Shown here piece after piece: positions 24,869 to 34,015 of a stretch of 37,562 nucleotides of DNA. Made by a program: the position numbers and the translations under genes. How positions within the stretch are numbered: position 1 is the stretch's first letter; each line of letters begins with the position of its first letter. The stretch is from NCBI GenBank assembly GCA_027066965.1, contig JAMOMT010000106.1, positions 1 through 37,562 of the forward strand, in the 5' to 3' direction. The DNA is from Archaeoglobaceae archaeon. Its GTDB lineage: Archaea > Halobacteriota > Archaeoglobi > Archaeoglobales > Archaeoglobaceae. The notes beneath the pieces were generated by a model. The model made no database searches. It had not been told where the DNA came from and was given only the letters and a program-made list of their open reading frames with translations.

Positions 24869-25954
24869 ATGGAAGACGAAATAGACAGGTCAAAACCAGT
24901 AGAGGTGCTGAAAGGTTACGACAGGGAAAACCTAACCATAGCAACTCTGGGAAGCCACTCGGCACTGAACATATTGAGAGGTGCGAAGGACGAGGGCTTC
25001 AAAACCGTTTGCATCTGCAGGGAGAGGGAAAAGATAATCTACGAGAGTTTTGGGGTTGCGGACGAGCTGATAGAGATAGAAGATTACGGCGACTTACTCA
25101 AGAAGGGTCTTCAGGACGAGCTAATTGAGAAAAATGCAATTATAGTGCCGCACGGAAGCTTTAACGCTTACATAGGGAGTTTAAACGACTTGTACGTTCC
25201 GGTTTTCGGGAACAGGAAGCTAATGCTGTGGGAAACCGTGAGAGAAAAGCAGAGAGAGTGGCTTTTGAGGGCTGGACTGAAACTTCCGAAAACTTTCGAA
25301 AGTCCAGAAGACATAGACCGACTCGTTATAGTAAAGTACCCTGGAGCGAGGGGTGGGATGGGTTACTTCCTCGCTTCTTCACCCCAAGATTTCTATGAAA
25401 AAGCAGAAAGAATGGTAAAGGAGGGGCTCATTGACGAAGAAGACGTGAAAAAAGCCCACATTCAGGAGTACATAGTTGGTGCGAACATTTACTTCACGTT
25501 TTTCTACTCTCCTGTTCTCGACAGGATAGAACTCATCGCCGCAGACAGGAGGTACGAGTCGAGTGTTGATGGCATAGGTAGAATTCCGGCGAGAGAACAA
25601 ATGAAAGCGGAAATAAGTCCGACATACACTGTAATAGGCAACTTTCCCGTAGTACTGAGGGAGAGCCTGCTCGCAAAAGCGTTAAAAGCTGCCAAGAGTG
25701 TGGTTGATGTTTCCAAAGAGATAGCCTACCCGGGAATGGTGGGGCCATTCTGCCTCGAAACTGTTTTCGACGAGAACGCAGAGATGTTCGTCTTCGAGAT
25801 ATCAGCAAGGATAGTTGCAGGGAGTAACGTTGGAGTTCCGTACTCAATATACAGTTACGTGCTGTTCGGAGAACCGATGTACGCTGGCAGGAGAATAGCA
25901 AGAGAAGTCAGACTCGCGGCCAAAAAGGACATGCTCGAGGAACTCATTTACTGA
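24869..25954 (+). CDS. purP: 5-formaminoimidazole-4-carboxamide ribonucleotide (FAICAR) synthetase PurP
   Basis: IATLGSHSALNILRGAKDEGF and ATP-grasp layout. ATG 24869 preceded by ggtgaggt gives 361 aa. Confidence 0.85.
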   Translation: MEDEIDRSKPVEVLKGYDRENLTIATLGSHSALNILRGAKDEGFKTVCICREREKIIYESFGVADELIEIEDYGDLLKKGLQDELIEKNAIIVPHGSFNAYIGSLNDLYVPVFGNRKLMLWETVREKQREWLLRAGLKLPKTFESPEDIDRLVIVKYPGARGGMGYFLASSPQDFYEKAERMVKEGLIDEEDVKKAHIQEYIVGANIYFTFFYSPVLDRIELIAADRRYESSVDGIGRIPAREQMKAEISPTYTVIGNFPVVLRESLLAKALKAAKSVVDVSKEIAYPGMVGPFCLETVFDENAEMFVFEISARIVAGSNVGVPYSIYSYVLFGEPMYAGRRIAREVRLAAKKDMLEELIY

Positions 25955-25975
25955 AAAAATTTGTGAAAATTTTTA

Positions 25976-26755
25976 TTACCTGAAATACCTTAAATCCTCC
26001 TCACCCCTCCACTGCTGAATTGCACTTTCCTGCATCTCTTTTATCTGAGCTATCAGCTTCTCCATTTCCTTCGCCCTCTCGTTGAGCGCCTCAACGCTAA
26101 CTTCCAGCTTTAGCATCTTCATAAGCACCTCAAGTACGGCCTTAGCACTTTTCGGATCGACCATGTAGCCGGAAGTTGCACCCATCAAACAGGCAGCCTC
26201 TATTCCCTCGAGCATCGCAACTCCAAGCAAAAGGCCAGAGGCTCCGATGATTCCTCCACCCGGCTCTCCATCTTCGAATTTCACCCCGTACTGCTTCAGC
26301 TCCTCGACGAGCTCCTTTGAGTTGGCAGCTCCGAGCACATAAGGTTCTTCGATTAGCCGACCTATCCCGTAACCACCAAGAGTGTATATTCTCTTCGCCC
26401 CGAACTTTTTCGCAACATCTATGTACGCATTTACGAGTTCGAAGTGTCCCTCGTTGCTTATGCTCTGAAAGTCTCCGACGAGTATCAGTAAGTCGGGACT
26501 CTCACCCTCAGATTTGTAAGCGTAAATCTCATTTTTCGGAATCGCTATGGTTCCGTCCTCCTTGACCATCACCTGCGGGGGAAAGTGGTGAGAGTAGATC
26601 TCAACAACCTTCTCCGTCTTGAGCTCCTTTACAAGGTGGTCGGCTACGAGTTTTCCCACGTGCCCTATTCCCGGTAAACCTTCTATGAACACCGGTTTTT
26701 CGAGCCCCATCTCCTCGGGAGTGCGGATGAACCTGACGTCAACTCTCTTGAGCAT
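25976..26755 (-). CDS. PAC2-family proteasome assembly chaperone-like protein
   Basis: PVFIEGLPGIGHVGKLVADHL... is the PAC2 signature. Strong SD aggaggtgg upstream. Confidence 0.75.
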   Translation of the reverse strand: MLKRVDVRFIRTPEEMGLEKPVFIEGLPGIGHVGKLVADHLVKELKTEKVVEIYSHHFPPQVMVKEDGTIAIPKNEIYAYKSEGESPDLLILVGDFQSISNEGHFELVNAYIDVAKKFGAKRIYTLGGYGIGRLIEEPYVLGAANSKELVEELKQYGVKFEDGEPGGGIIGASGLLLGVAMLEGIEAACLMGATSGYMVDPKSAKAVLEVLMKMLKLEVSVEALNERAKEMEKLIAQIKEMQESAIQQWRGEEDLRYFR

Positions 26756-26843
26756 GAAACCACCTCCTGTTCGACTTCTTTTTTATAGATTTCGCTATAT
26801 TCATCATTTCGCTTTTACTCAAACTGCAGACTAAAACCGAAGC

Positions 26844-27023
26844 TCAAACTCTCCTATAGAAGAAGCCAAGCTCCTTCCTCAGCTTCCTCCTGTAAACCCC
26901 GTAAGGGTCTTCGGGAGAAAAACGGGGTGGTAAGGGTGTGCACGTCTTCTCCCCGCACTTAGGACAGGTATCTTTGAGAGTGTACTCTCCGCACTTAGGA
27001 CACTTCCTCATCCTAACTTTCAT
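26844..27023 (-). CDS. nop10: H/ACA RNP protein Nop10 (59 aa; missing from the ORF track)
   Basis: My translation is [59 protein letters not shown]. Zinc ribbon plus the [14 protein letters not shown] signature. Its ATG overlaps the aIF2alpha TGA. Confidence 0.85.
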   Translation of the reverse strand: MKVRMRKCPKCGEYTLKDTCPKCGEKTCTPLPPRFSPEDPYGVYRRKLRKELGFFYRRV

Positions 27024-27838
27024 CAGATCGCCTCTCTGACGAAGTTGCCGGTCCCTCCAAGCTTCTTTATTGCTTTAAGCACAGCATTAGTTATCTTCTT
27101 TAACGCCTTCTCCGCCACCTTGTAGTCCTCTGCCTCCACTATTATCCTGTACTTCGGAGCTCCTACATACTCCAACTTCATCTCAACATCCTTCCCGTGC
27201 TTGTAAGCTTCCATGAGTGCCTTTTTAATCCTTTCAACCCCGTCGGGAGCGTTGCTCCTTAGCTCGAAGTATCCTCTGACTCTCACCTTAGGCGGCTTTA
27301 TGTTCTCCTGAGCTATCTCGGCCATTGCCTTGGCAAGCTCTTCTCCAGTCAAAGGCACGACTACTTCGTAGCCTTCGAAAGCTACCTCTTCAAAAGCTCC
27401 ATAGACTGTGTCGTACTTCTTTATGAGTTTCTTTCCGATCTTCAAAAGCTCATTCCTGTCAATTCCTGCTTTTTCTCCTGCTATCTCCAACCACTTGAAG
27501 GCCTTCATCTCGTTCTTCCACTGCTGTATCTTCTCCCTCTTCTGCCTGTCGTTAACGTCCTTTATCGAGAGATCTATGTGCCCCCTTTTCGGATTTACGT
27601 CAAGGACTTTGCACACAACCTTTTGTCCTTTTTTGACGTGATCCCTGATGTCCTTTATCCAGCCGGGGGCTACCTCGCTTATGTGAACGAGTCCCTCCCT
27701 TCCTTCGTACTCGTCGAGTGAAACGAAAGCTCCAAAGTCAAGAACCCTCGTTACCGTGCCTATGACTATTTCTCCCTTTGATGGATAACCGCTCCTCTTC
27801 ACGATAAACTTTTCAGACTTCTTATCCTTCTCAGCCAT
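27023..27838 (-). CDS. eif2a: Translation initiation factor aIF2 alpha subunit
   Basis: S1 domain [45 protein letters not shown]..., followed by helical and alpha-beta domains. Confidence 0.9.
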   Translation of the reverse strand: MAEKDKKSEKFIVKRSGYPSKGEIVIGTVTRVLDFGAFVSLDEYEGREGLVHISEVAPGWIKDIRDHVKKGQKVVCKVLDVNPKRGHIDLSIKDVNDRQKREKIQQWKNEMKAFKWLEIAGEKAGIDRNELLKIGKKLIKKYDTVYGAFEEVAFEGYEVVVPLTGEELAKAMAEIAQENIKPPKVRVRGYFELRSNAPDGVERIKKALMEAYKHGKDVEMKLEYVGAPKYRIIVEAEDYKVAEKALKKITNAVLKAIKKLGGTGNFVREAI

Positions 27839-27982
27839 CCTTTCCCCGTCTGTAGAGATGATTTAAATTGGTTTCCATAATTTTTTGTTTCTGTCACTCA
27901 CTGCAAACACTCGCTTAATACTACAAAACAGAGTAAATACGGCAATCGAACAAAATAAAAAGTTTGCCAAGTAGTATAAACT

Positions 27983-29050
27983 ATGCTTGAAATAGAGTTT
28001 CACAATCGAGAAGAGGAGATTCAGGAGATCACGAACATTTTAACCGGCAGACCTGACCTCATCACTTTCGTTTACGGCCCTATAAACTCGGGAAAGACAG
28101 AACTGTTCAATCACGTAATCAATACACTCCCAGAAGATTTCGTAGTGTTTTACATTAATCTAAGGGAAAGGCTCGTCAGGGACTATAACGACTTCATAGA
28201 AGCGCTGTTTGAGATAAACGAGAACAGGAAAAAGAAGTTGGTAAAAGAGGTCGTTGCGGAAGTTACGAGGTTTGCCGGCATACCTATTTCCAGAGCTCTC
28301 CTTGACCAGTTCTTCAAGGAAGGGAAACCGAAGAACGCGTTCAGGTACATAGTAGAGGTCGTGAAGGAAGTTAAATCAAACGGCAAAATTTCTGTTCTCA
28401 TTCTGGATGAACTGCAGAAGATAGGAGATGTAAAGATCGATGATTATCTAATTTACGAGCTGTTCAACCTCTTCATAAGGCTGACGAAGGAGATGCACAG
28501 CTGCCACGTTTTTGCTGTTTCATCTGACAGCCTGTTCATAGAAAGGGTTTATAGTGAGGCGATGCTGCACGGAAGGTGCAGGTATTTGCTGGTTGATGAT
28601 TTCGATTACGACACGGCTAAGGCGTTTCTGGAGAATTATGGCTTTAGCGGGAGGGAGGTTGAGTTGGCTTTGAACTACTTTGGTGGAAAACCGATCTACC
28701 TGGTTGAGGCTGTGAAGAACAGGCATCGTCTGAGGGAGTTCTGCGGGGAGATGCTCAGTTCAAGGAGAAGCGAGATTGCACAAGCACTGAAACTTCTGAA
28801 AGAGCTTGGAGATGAAGTCGTGATTAGAGGAAAAATGTATGAGGTTGAGTACGAGAAGGTAATTTCAGCTTTAAAGGAGTTGGCTGTGAAGGAGCAGTTA
28901 CCAAACATAGTAGACGAAGTTACCAAGAGGTATCTGGTCAGGGAAAACATCGTGTTCGTCGACCCCGTCAGGGGGATTTTGAAGTTCCAGTCGAAACTCG
29001 ATTTGCTTGCCGTGAGAGAAGTTCTGGGTTTGATGTTTGATGGTGGTTGA
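27983..29050 (+). CDS. Archaeal-type AAA+ ATPase (Arch_ATPase/PF01637-like) with probable C-terminal winged helix
   Basis: FHNREEEIQEI...FVYGPINSGKTEL (Walker A) and VLILDELQ (Walker B). AT-rich singleton. Confidence 0.7.
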   Translation: MLEIEFHNREEEIQEITNILTGRPDLITFVYGPINSGKTELFNHVINTLPEDFVVFYINLRERLVRDYNDFIEALFEINENRKKKLVKEVVAEVTRFAGIPISRALLDQFFKEGKPKNAFRYIVEVVKEVKSNGKISVLILDELQKIGDVKIDDYLIYELFNLFIRLTKEMHSCHVFAVSSDSLFIERVYSEAMLHGRCRYLLVDDFDYDTAKAFLENYGFSGREVELALNYFGGKPIYLVEAVKNRHRLREFCGEMLSSRRSEIAQALKLLKELGDEVVIRGKMYEVEYEKVISALKELAVKEQLPNIVDEVTKRYLVRENIVFVDPVRGILKFQSKLDLLAVREVLGLMFDGG

Positions 29051-29131
29051 TTGGTGGTCAAGTATTGGTTATGTAAGCGTCAAAAGTTGGTTACTATTAG
29101 ATTGAGTGTTATCAATAAAATCAAAAAACAA

Positions 29132-31231
29132 TCACTTAACCGCAAGCCTGTAGTAACCATCCCTTGGGGAGTATATGTCTCCAACTTCCTTCATCTTCCT
29201 TAAAAGCTCCCTCGTCTTCGCCGGCTCTATCCCCTCCTCCTCTGCTGCTCTAAGGATTTCCTCCTCCGGAGCTCCCTTCTCATAGCTCGCTTCAAGCTCC
29301 TCTATTATCCTTTTGAGAATAAATATCCTATCTCTTTGAGACTTGGAAGTGCCAGTAAACGCGTAGTCTATGTCTATCTCACCCGTCTCCGGATCAACGG
29401 CTATCTGTTCGAGGCTGTGTCTTATTATCCCAATAACTCTTTCCACATCTTCTCTCTCTATGACGTCACTTAACCTCAGCCTCGCAGAAGCCTCTGCAAG
29501 TCTTATCAGAGCCTCAAGCTGCCTTGCAGTGACTGGTACTGCGGAGTTCTCCTTGGCCCTCGACCTCAGACTCAAATAGAAGTCCATTATCCTCTCCTTC
29601 GCCTCCTCGCTCAGTACTGGAAAGACTGTTCTCTTCGCGTACGCTATGTACTTCCTCAACAGCTCCGGCTCTATTGCGGGAACTATCTCCGCTATTTCGG
29701 ACTCCCTAGTCAGCTCCTCCTTCGTGTACTCAGCAGATGCAATGTTCCTGAGCTTCTCGAACTTCTCACCTATCTCGTGAGTCTTGAGTATGTGCTCCGC
29801 AAGTTTTCTATCCCTAACTTCATCCGGATCGTCAGTCAGCACGAATATCAGGTCGAAACGGGAGAGGAGAGTTGGAGACAAGTCTATCTGCTCTGCTATC
29901 GGAGTGTATCTGTCAAATCTACCGTATTTGGGGTTTGCGGCTCCCAAGAGAGCACACCTTGCCCTTAAAACTGCATTAATACCAGCTTTGGCAACGCTTA
30001 CCGTCTGCTGCTCCATAGCCTCGTGCAAAGCCGAGCGATCCTCGCTTCTCATCTTATCTATCTCGTCAACCAGAGCTATACCCTTGTCAGCTAAAACCAA
30101 AGCTCCAGCCTCGAGTGTCCACCTACCATCGAATTCGTCTCTCGTCGCTGTTGCTGTCAGACCGGCAGTCGTCGTTCCCTTTCCTGTTGTATAGACGCTC
30201 CTCGGAGCTATCCTGTGAACGTATCTGAGAATCTGAGACTTCGCAACTCCCGGATCTCCAACCAGCAAAACATGTATATCCCCTCTGATCTCCGTTCCAT
30301 CCGGCAACTTCTTGGGCACCCCTCCAAAGAGTTGGAGAGCTATTGCCAGCTTTATGTCCTCGTGCCCGTATATGGAGGGGGCTATTGAGGCAACTATCTT
30401 GTCGTATATTCTCTCATCCTCAGCAAGCTCGAGTATCCTCTTCTTATCCTCTTCGGTTATCTCAAACTCCTCGTACTCCTGCTCGAGAACTTCTATGGAG
30501 TTTCCCTCTATATGCAGATCCATGTGCTGGAGCTGCTTCGCTCCAGCCTTCCTCGGCTTAGCCCTGACTATCCCGTTTATTATCACCCTGTCTCCTGGAT
30601 TTACTTTACCAGTCAAGTCTCCTTCGAGCATCACATCTATTTGCTGGGGCTGCTCACCTCCCCTTAGGTTCTCGGGATACTCCTGAATCCTTATTCTCTG
30701 GCTGTCAACGGTCGTGCTCTCTTCTGGGAGGAATATGAAACGCTTGTTCTTGCAGGCAGGGCACTCGTATGGTTGTTTCAGCACATTCTCGTCTTCCTGT
30801 TGAACGTATACAACCTTTCCACACTTACTGCAAGCAAAAGCCGCAGTTACGACCCTTGGCCTTACTTCTGTCACCTTTCTAACTATTCCCTCTATAGCAA
30901 GAAATCTCGCAATGTGCTCACTCCTAAGGTCCCTTATCAGCACTCTCCTCGATGTAGGGAGGTTGAAGAACCTGACCTCGCAGCCTTCAAGGTTAACGTC
31001 ATGAATGTTCTCAGTTAATGCAAGACCGTCTCTCGCGTGAGATAGGACTCTATCCGGGAAGGAGAGCAACTCTTCTCCGAGCCTACCCTCCCTGTATATT
31101 GAGAGGTCCTTGAGAAAGTCAACGTAAAGGGATCTCTCTCCACCGTACTCAACAGCATCAGCTAATCTGTTTAGCTCATCTCTGTAGTACGTTTCAAAGA
31201 ACTCTTTCCACACTTGCGGGGAACTTAGCAT
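29132..31231 (-). CDS. mcm: Replicative helicase MCM
   Basis: Zn finger CSKCG...CPACKN, GDPGVAKSQ (Walker A), ALVDEIDKM (Walker B), SRFDLIF arginine finger, C-terminal wH. No intein-sized insertion. Confidence 0.95.
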   Translation of the reverse strand: MLSSPQVWKEFFETYYRDELNRLADAVEYGGERSLYVDFLKDLSIYREGRLGEELLSFPDRVLSHARDGLALTENIHDVNLEGCEVRFFNLPTSRRVLIRDLRSEHIARFLAIEGIVRKVTEVRPRVVTAAFACSKCGKVVYVQQEDENVLKQPYECPACKNKRFIFLPEESTTVDSQRIRIQEYPENLRGGEQPQQIDVMLEGDLTGKVNPGDRVIINGIVRAKPRKAGAKQLQHMDLHIEGNSIEVLEQEYEEFEITEEDKKRILELAEDERIYDKIVASIAPSIYGHEDIKLAIALQLFGGVPKKLPDGTEIRGDIHVLLVGDPGVAKSQILRYVHRIAPRSVYTTGKGTTTAGLTATATRDEFDGRWTLEAGALVLADKGIALVDEIDKMRSEDRSALHEAMEQQTVSVAKAGINAVLRARCALLGAANPKYGRFDRYTPIAEQIDLSPTLLSRFDLIFVLTDDPDEVRDRKLAEHILKTHEIGEKFEKLRNIASAEYTKEELTRESEIAEIVPAIEPELLRKYIAYAKRTVFPVLSEEAKERIMDFYLSLRSRAKENSAVPVTARQLEALIRLAEASARLRLSDVIEREDVERVIGIIRHSLEQIAVDPETGEIDIDYAFTGTSKSQRDRIFILKRIIEELEASYEKGAPEEEILRAAEEEGIEPAKTRELLRKMKEVGDIYSPRDGYYRLAVK

Positions 31232-31660
31232 CGTCCAAGAGTTGGAGGGCTGGTATAAACCTTGTTTGGTTCAACTTTATTGTATTTTGGTTGCATTTAA
31301 TTAATTGAAACTGTGGAAAACAATAAAAATTACAACATTTAGTGCAGTATATTAAAGTACGTTGTATAATTTGTAGAAGAATCGTAAAGAATAGAAAGAA
31401 TAAAGACGAACTAGTGGAGATTAAGAGACGATTATAAAAACTAAATAGGAAACTGGTAATAATATTCTTCGCTACATCGGAGCATCGGATTTAGAGAAAA
31501 CGGCAATAAATTTAGCAAGAGCAGCGTAAATCTTATATAGTACGTTATCTGGCAGTTTTGGTATTTATCTATAAGTAACAACAATTTATCATAACCATAG
31601 CTAAATCCCCAAAACACTACGAAAAACGCTATAAACAGGCGTGTTTTCCAACCCGAAGCC

Positions 31661-32677
31661 ATGCCCAGAAAGTTCATCGTCAAAACCCCACTCAACATGG
31701 AGTACATAGCGGCGTCTCACCTCATGGACAACGGCGTCAAAGTTGTAGAGGTAAGACCTTCAGGCTTCTTCGGTCTCCTGATAGCTGAAAGTGATGACGA
31801 AGAAAAATTGAATGTTCCGGAAGTAGAGAATATTATCCCAGTAGTGGAAGAGTGCGACGCCGAAATAGAGAGCATCTTATCCAAAGCTGACGCAGTTGCA
31901 GAAAAGATGAAAGGGATAGGGGCGAGAACTTTTGACGTAAAGGCGAGAGTCAGGGGTAGAAAATCGTTCAGAAACAGAGATGTTACCTCGACTCTCTCCA
32001 GCAGGCTTCTGGAGTTCGGCTTCACTCAGGATTGGATAGAACCAGACGTAACCGTATGCGTCGAGGTTATCGGAAATAGGGCTTACATCGGCATGATAAG
32101 AGGAGTTCTCGAACACAGGAAGTACCTTGGAAAGGAGGATTCCACGAAACTCTTCGGAAAGGTGAGTATCGTTCAAACTCCCTACCTCGAGAAAAAGGCT
32201 TACGAGTTTGGAGAGGCGATAGGAAGGGCAGCTCAGGCTTTTGAGGTCAAGGAGCTTGTAATCGCTCCGTGCGGTTATGTAAATGCGTTCGAGCTCGAGC
32301 AGTTTATAAAAGGCGTAAGGGTGGGGCAGAAGAGTAGACTTGAAGTGCAGAAGAGAGCTTACTCAAGGGACGTGAGAGAGACGGCCGTTTTGCTGCACGA
32401 CCTCTACCAGTGTGTCAGGGACAAGAGGAGAAAGAGGAACCTGATAATAGTAACGGATCCCGCCGGGGTTTCTGTGAGCGAGGTCCACAACGAACTTACT
32501 GGAAAGATAAAGAGGTGCGACGAGATAGTTATATTCGCGGGGAGCAGGCAGGGAATACCTAAGGGTGTTTTCAGGTTTGCTGACTACGTCATAGACCTCG
32601 CACCAAACGTCACTTTCGCAACTGAGCACACAATTCCGGCTATTCTCAGCGTTCTCGCTGAGATGTGGATTTCCTGA
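31661..32677 (+). CDS. THUMP-domain protein fused to a SPOUT-like (putative RNA methyltransferase) C-terminal domain
   Basis: FDVKARVRGRKSFRNRDVTSTLSSRLL...PDVTVCVEVIGNRAYIGMI is THUMP-like. The C-terminal IVIFAGSRQGIPKGVFRFADYVIDLAP..TFATEHTIPAILSVL resembles a SPOUT knot region. TATA-like ctataaac about 28 nt upstream. Confidence 0.55.
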   Translation: MPRKFIVKTPLNMEYIAASHLMDNGVKVVEVRPSGFFGLLIAESDDEEKLNVPEVENIIPVVEECDAEIESILSKADAVAEKMKGIGARTFDVKARVRGRKSFRNRDVTSTLSSRLLEFGFTQDWIEPDVTVCVEVIGNRAYIGMIRGVLEHRKYLGKEDSTKLFGKVSIVQTPYLEKKAYEFGEAIGRAAQAFEVKELVIAPCGYVNAFELEQFIKGVRVGQKSRLEVQKRAYSRDVRETAVLLHDLYQCVRDKRRKRNLIIVTDPAGVSVSEVHNELTGKIKRCDEIVIFAGSRQGIPKGVFRFADYVIDLAPNVTFATEHTIPAILSVLAEMWIS

Positions 32678-32698
32678 GCTCGCTTGGGTTTTAAAAGC

Positions 32699-33055
32699 TC
32701 ATTTAAGTAAACTTACCTTCTCCCCCGTCAAGCTGTCCAGAACGTAGCCATCTTCTATCCAGAAGACTTTGTACGCCTTAACCTTCCTAACAACTTCAAC
32801 TTTCGGATTCCACCAAGAGATGACCGTCAGGTTTCCCCAGCTTTTCGCAGCCTTCATCGCTATTTCCTCAGCCTCATCCTCGTCTATCAATTCTTTCATA
32901 ATCTGTCTGTCTTCGACCTCCCACTCCTCAACTGGGAGTATAGAGTTGCCTCTCTCAACCCCTGCCCTTATGCAATCGACGTAGGCAAAGTACTCCATGA
33001 GCTTGTCCCTCATCCCAAGCCTTCTAAACTTAAGTTTCAGGCTATAAGCGATCAT
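32699..33055 (-). CDS. Hypothetical protein (no recognisable motif)
   Basis: ORF 32699-33127 (TTG). Internal ATGs at 33055, 33013 and 32998. Acidic central segment. Lies directly downstream of nadC on the same strand. Confidence 0.4.
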   Translation of the reverse strand: MIAYSLKLKFRRLGMRDKLMEYFAYVDCIRAGVERGNSILPVEEWEVEDRQIMKELIDEDEAEEIAMKAAKSWGNLTVISWWNPKVEVVRKVKAYKVFWIEDGYVLDSLTGEKVSLLK

Positions 33056-33148
33056 AGGATATAAAACAAATTTTCTATTATCAGATTTAAAGTTTGGTCT
33101 AAAAACTCTGACCCACACTTTCGTCAAACTATCACCTACTTCTATCGC

Positions 33149-33988
33149 CTACTTTATAATCCTCATACTAACATCAACTGCTCTTGCCGAGTGAGTTATC
33201 CAGCCAGAGGATATGATGTCAACTCCTACCATGGCATAGCTCTCCGCATTCTCTGGGGTTATCCCTCCAGACGCTTCTACAAGCACATCCCCTACCTCTC
33301 TTATCTTTTTAACCGCCACTTCCACCTCCTTTAAACTCATGTTATCAAGCATGACTATATCAGCTCCTGCAAGGACGGCCTCAACCGCATCTTCCACGCT
33401 CGAAACTTCAACCTCAACCTTCTTCGTAAAAGATGCTTTCTTCGCTTCCTCTACAGCCCTCCTCACGCTTCCAGCTATGGCGATGTGGTTGTCCTTAACA
33501 AGCACGCAGTCGGAGAGACTCATCCTGTGAGTATCTCCACCACCATGAGTAACTGCCACCTTTTCGAAAAGCCTGAAACCAGGAGTAGTTTTTCTCGTGG
33601 CAGCCACTCTAATTCCATAAGGCTCAACTACAGAAACGAGCTTTCTTGTAGCTGTAGCGACCCCACTCATCCTCTGAATTATGTTGAGGGCCGTTCTCTC
33701 CGCAAGAAGTACATCTTTCGCGAGACCTTCAGCCGTCAAAATAATGTCTCCCTTCCCAACCCAGCTGCCGTCTCTTTTCAGGACCTTCGCCTTACACTCG
33801 CAGAGTTCAAAGGTCATTCTGGCGAACTCCACTCCAGAAAGTAGAAAACTCTCCTTTGCAACAACTTCGGCTTCGACAACTACCTCTGGAAAAACAACTG
33901 TACAGTCTCCGTAAAACGCATCCTCTTCTATGAATCTCTTGATGTATTCCTCCACAACGGGTTTTGGGAGAGTTATCGATGCTTTCAC
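33149..33988 (-). CDS. nadC: Nicotinate-nucleotide pyrophosphorylase (quinolinate phosphoribosyltransferase)
   Basis: ERTALNIIQRMSGVATATRK, ATRKTTPG, HR.SLSD..LVKDNH, MLDNM. GTG start with SD aagggggat. Confidence 0.9.
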   Translation of the reverse strand: MKASITLPKPVVEEYIKRFIEEDAFYGDCTVVFPEVVVEAEVVAKESFLLSGVEFARMTFELCECKAKVLKRDGSWVGKGDIILTAEGLAKDVLLAERTALNIIQRMSGVATATRKLVSVVEPYGIRVAATRKTTPGFRLFEKVAVTHGGGDTHRMSLSDCVLVKDNHIAIAGSVRRAVEEAKKASFTKKVEVEVSSVEDAVEAVLAGADIVMLDNMSLKEVEVAVKKIREVGDVLVEASGGITPENAESYAMVGVDIISSGWITHSARAVDVSMRIIK

Positions 33989-34015
33989 ATCAAATCCCCC
34001 TTCTAATATTAAAGC

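Noticed and set aside
25979-25993. C-terminal ..LRYFR of the PAC2-like protein considered as a proteasome-docking HbYX motif.
   Set aside because: HbYX requires hydrophobic-Tyr-X as the last three residues. Here they are Tyr-Phe-Arg, so the motif is offset or non-canonical and cannot be claimed from sequence alone.
31300-31425. ORB-like words (ctGTGGAaaa, taGTGGAga) and repeated agtacgtt (31356, 31539) as replication-origin repeats.
   Set aside because: Matches of 5-8 nt are expected by chance in a 430-bp AT-rich region, and no extended dyad or multi-copy conserved element was found.
31441-31707. 88-aa minus-strand ORF in the mcm / THUMP spacer.
   Set aside because: It runs into the start of the THUMP gene on the other strand. 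It is highly hydrophobic, with Tyr/Leu/Phe-rich AT-driven composition, and has no SD or TATA at a suitable distance.
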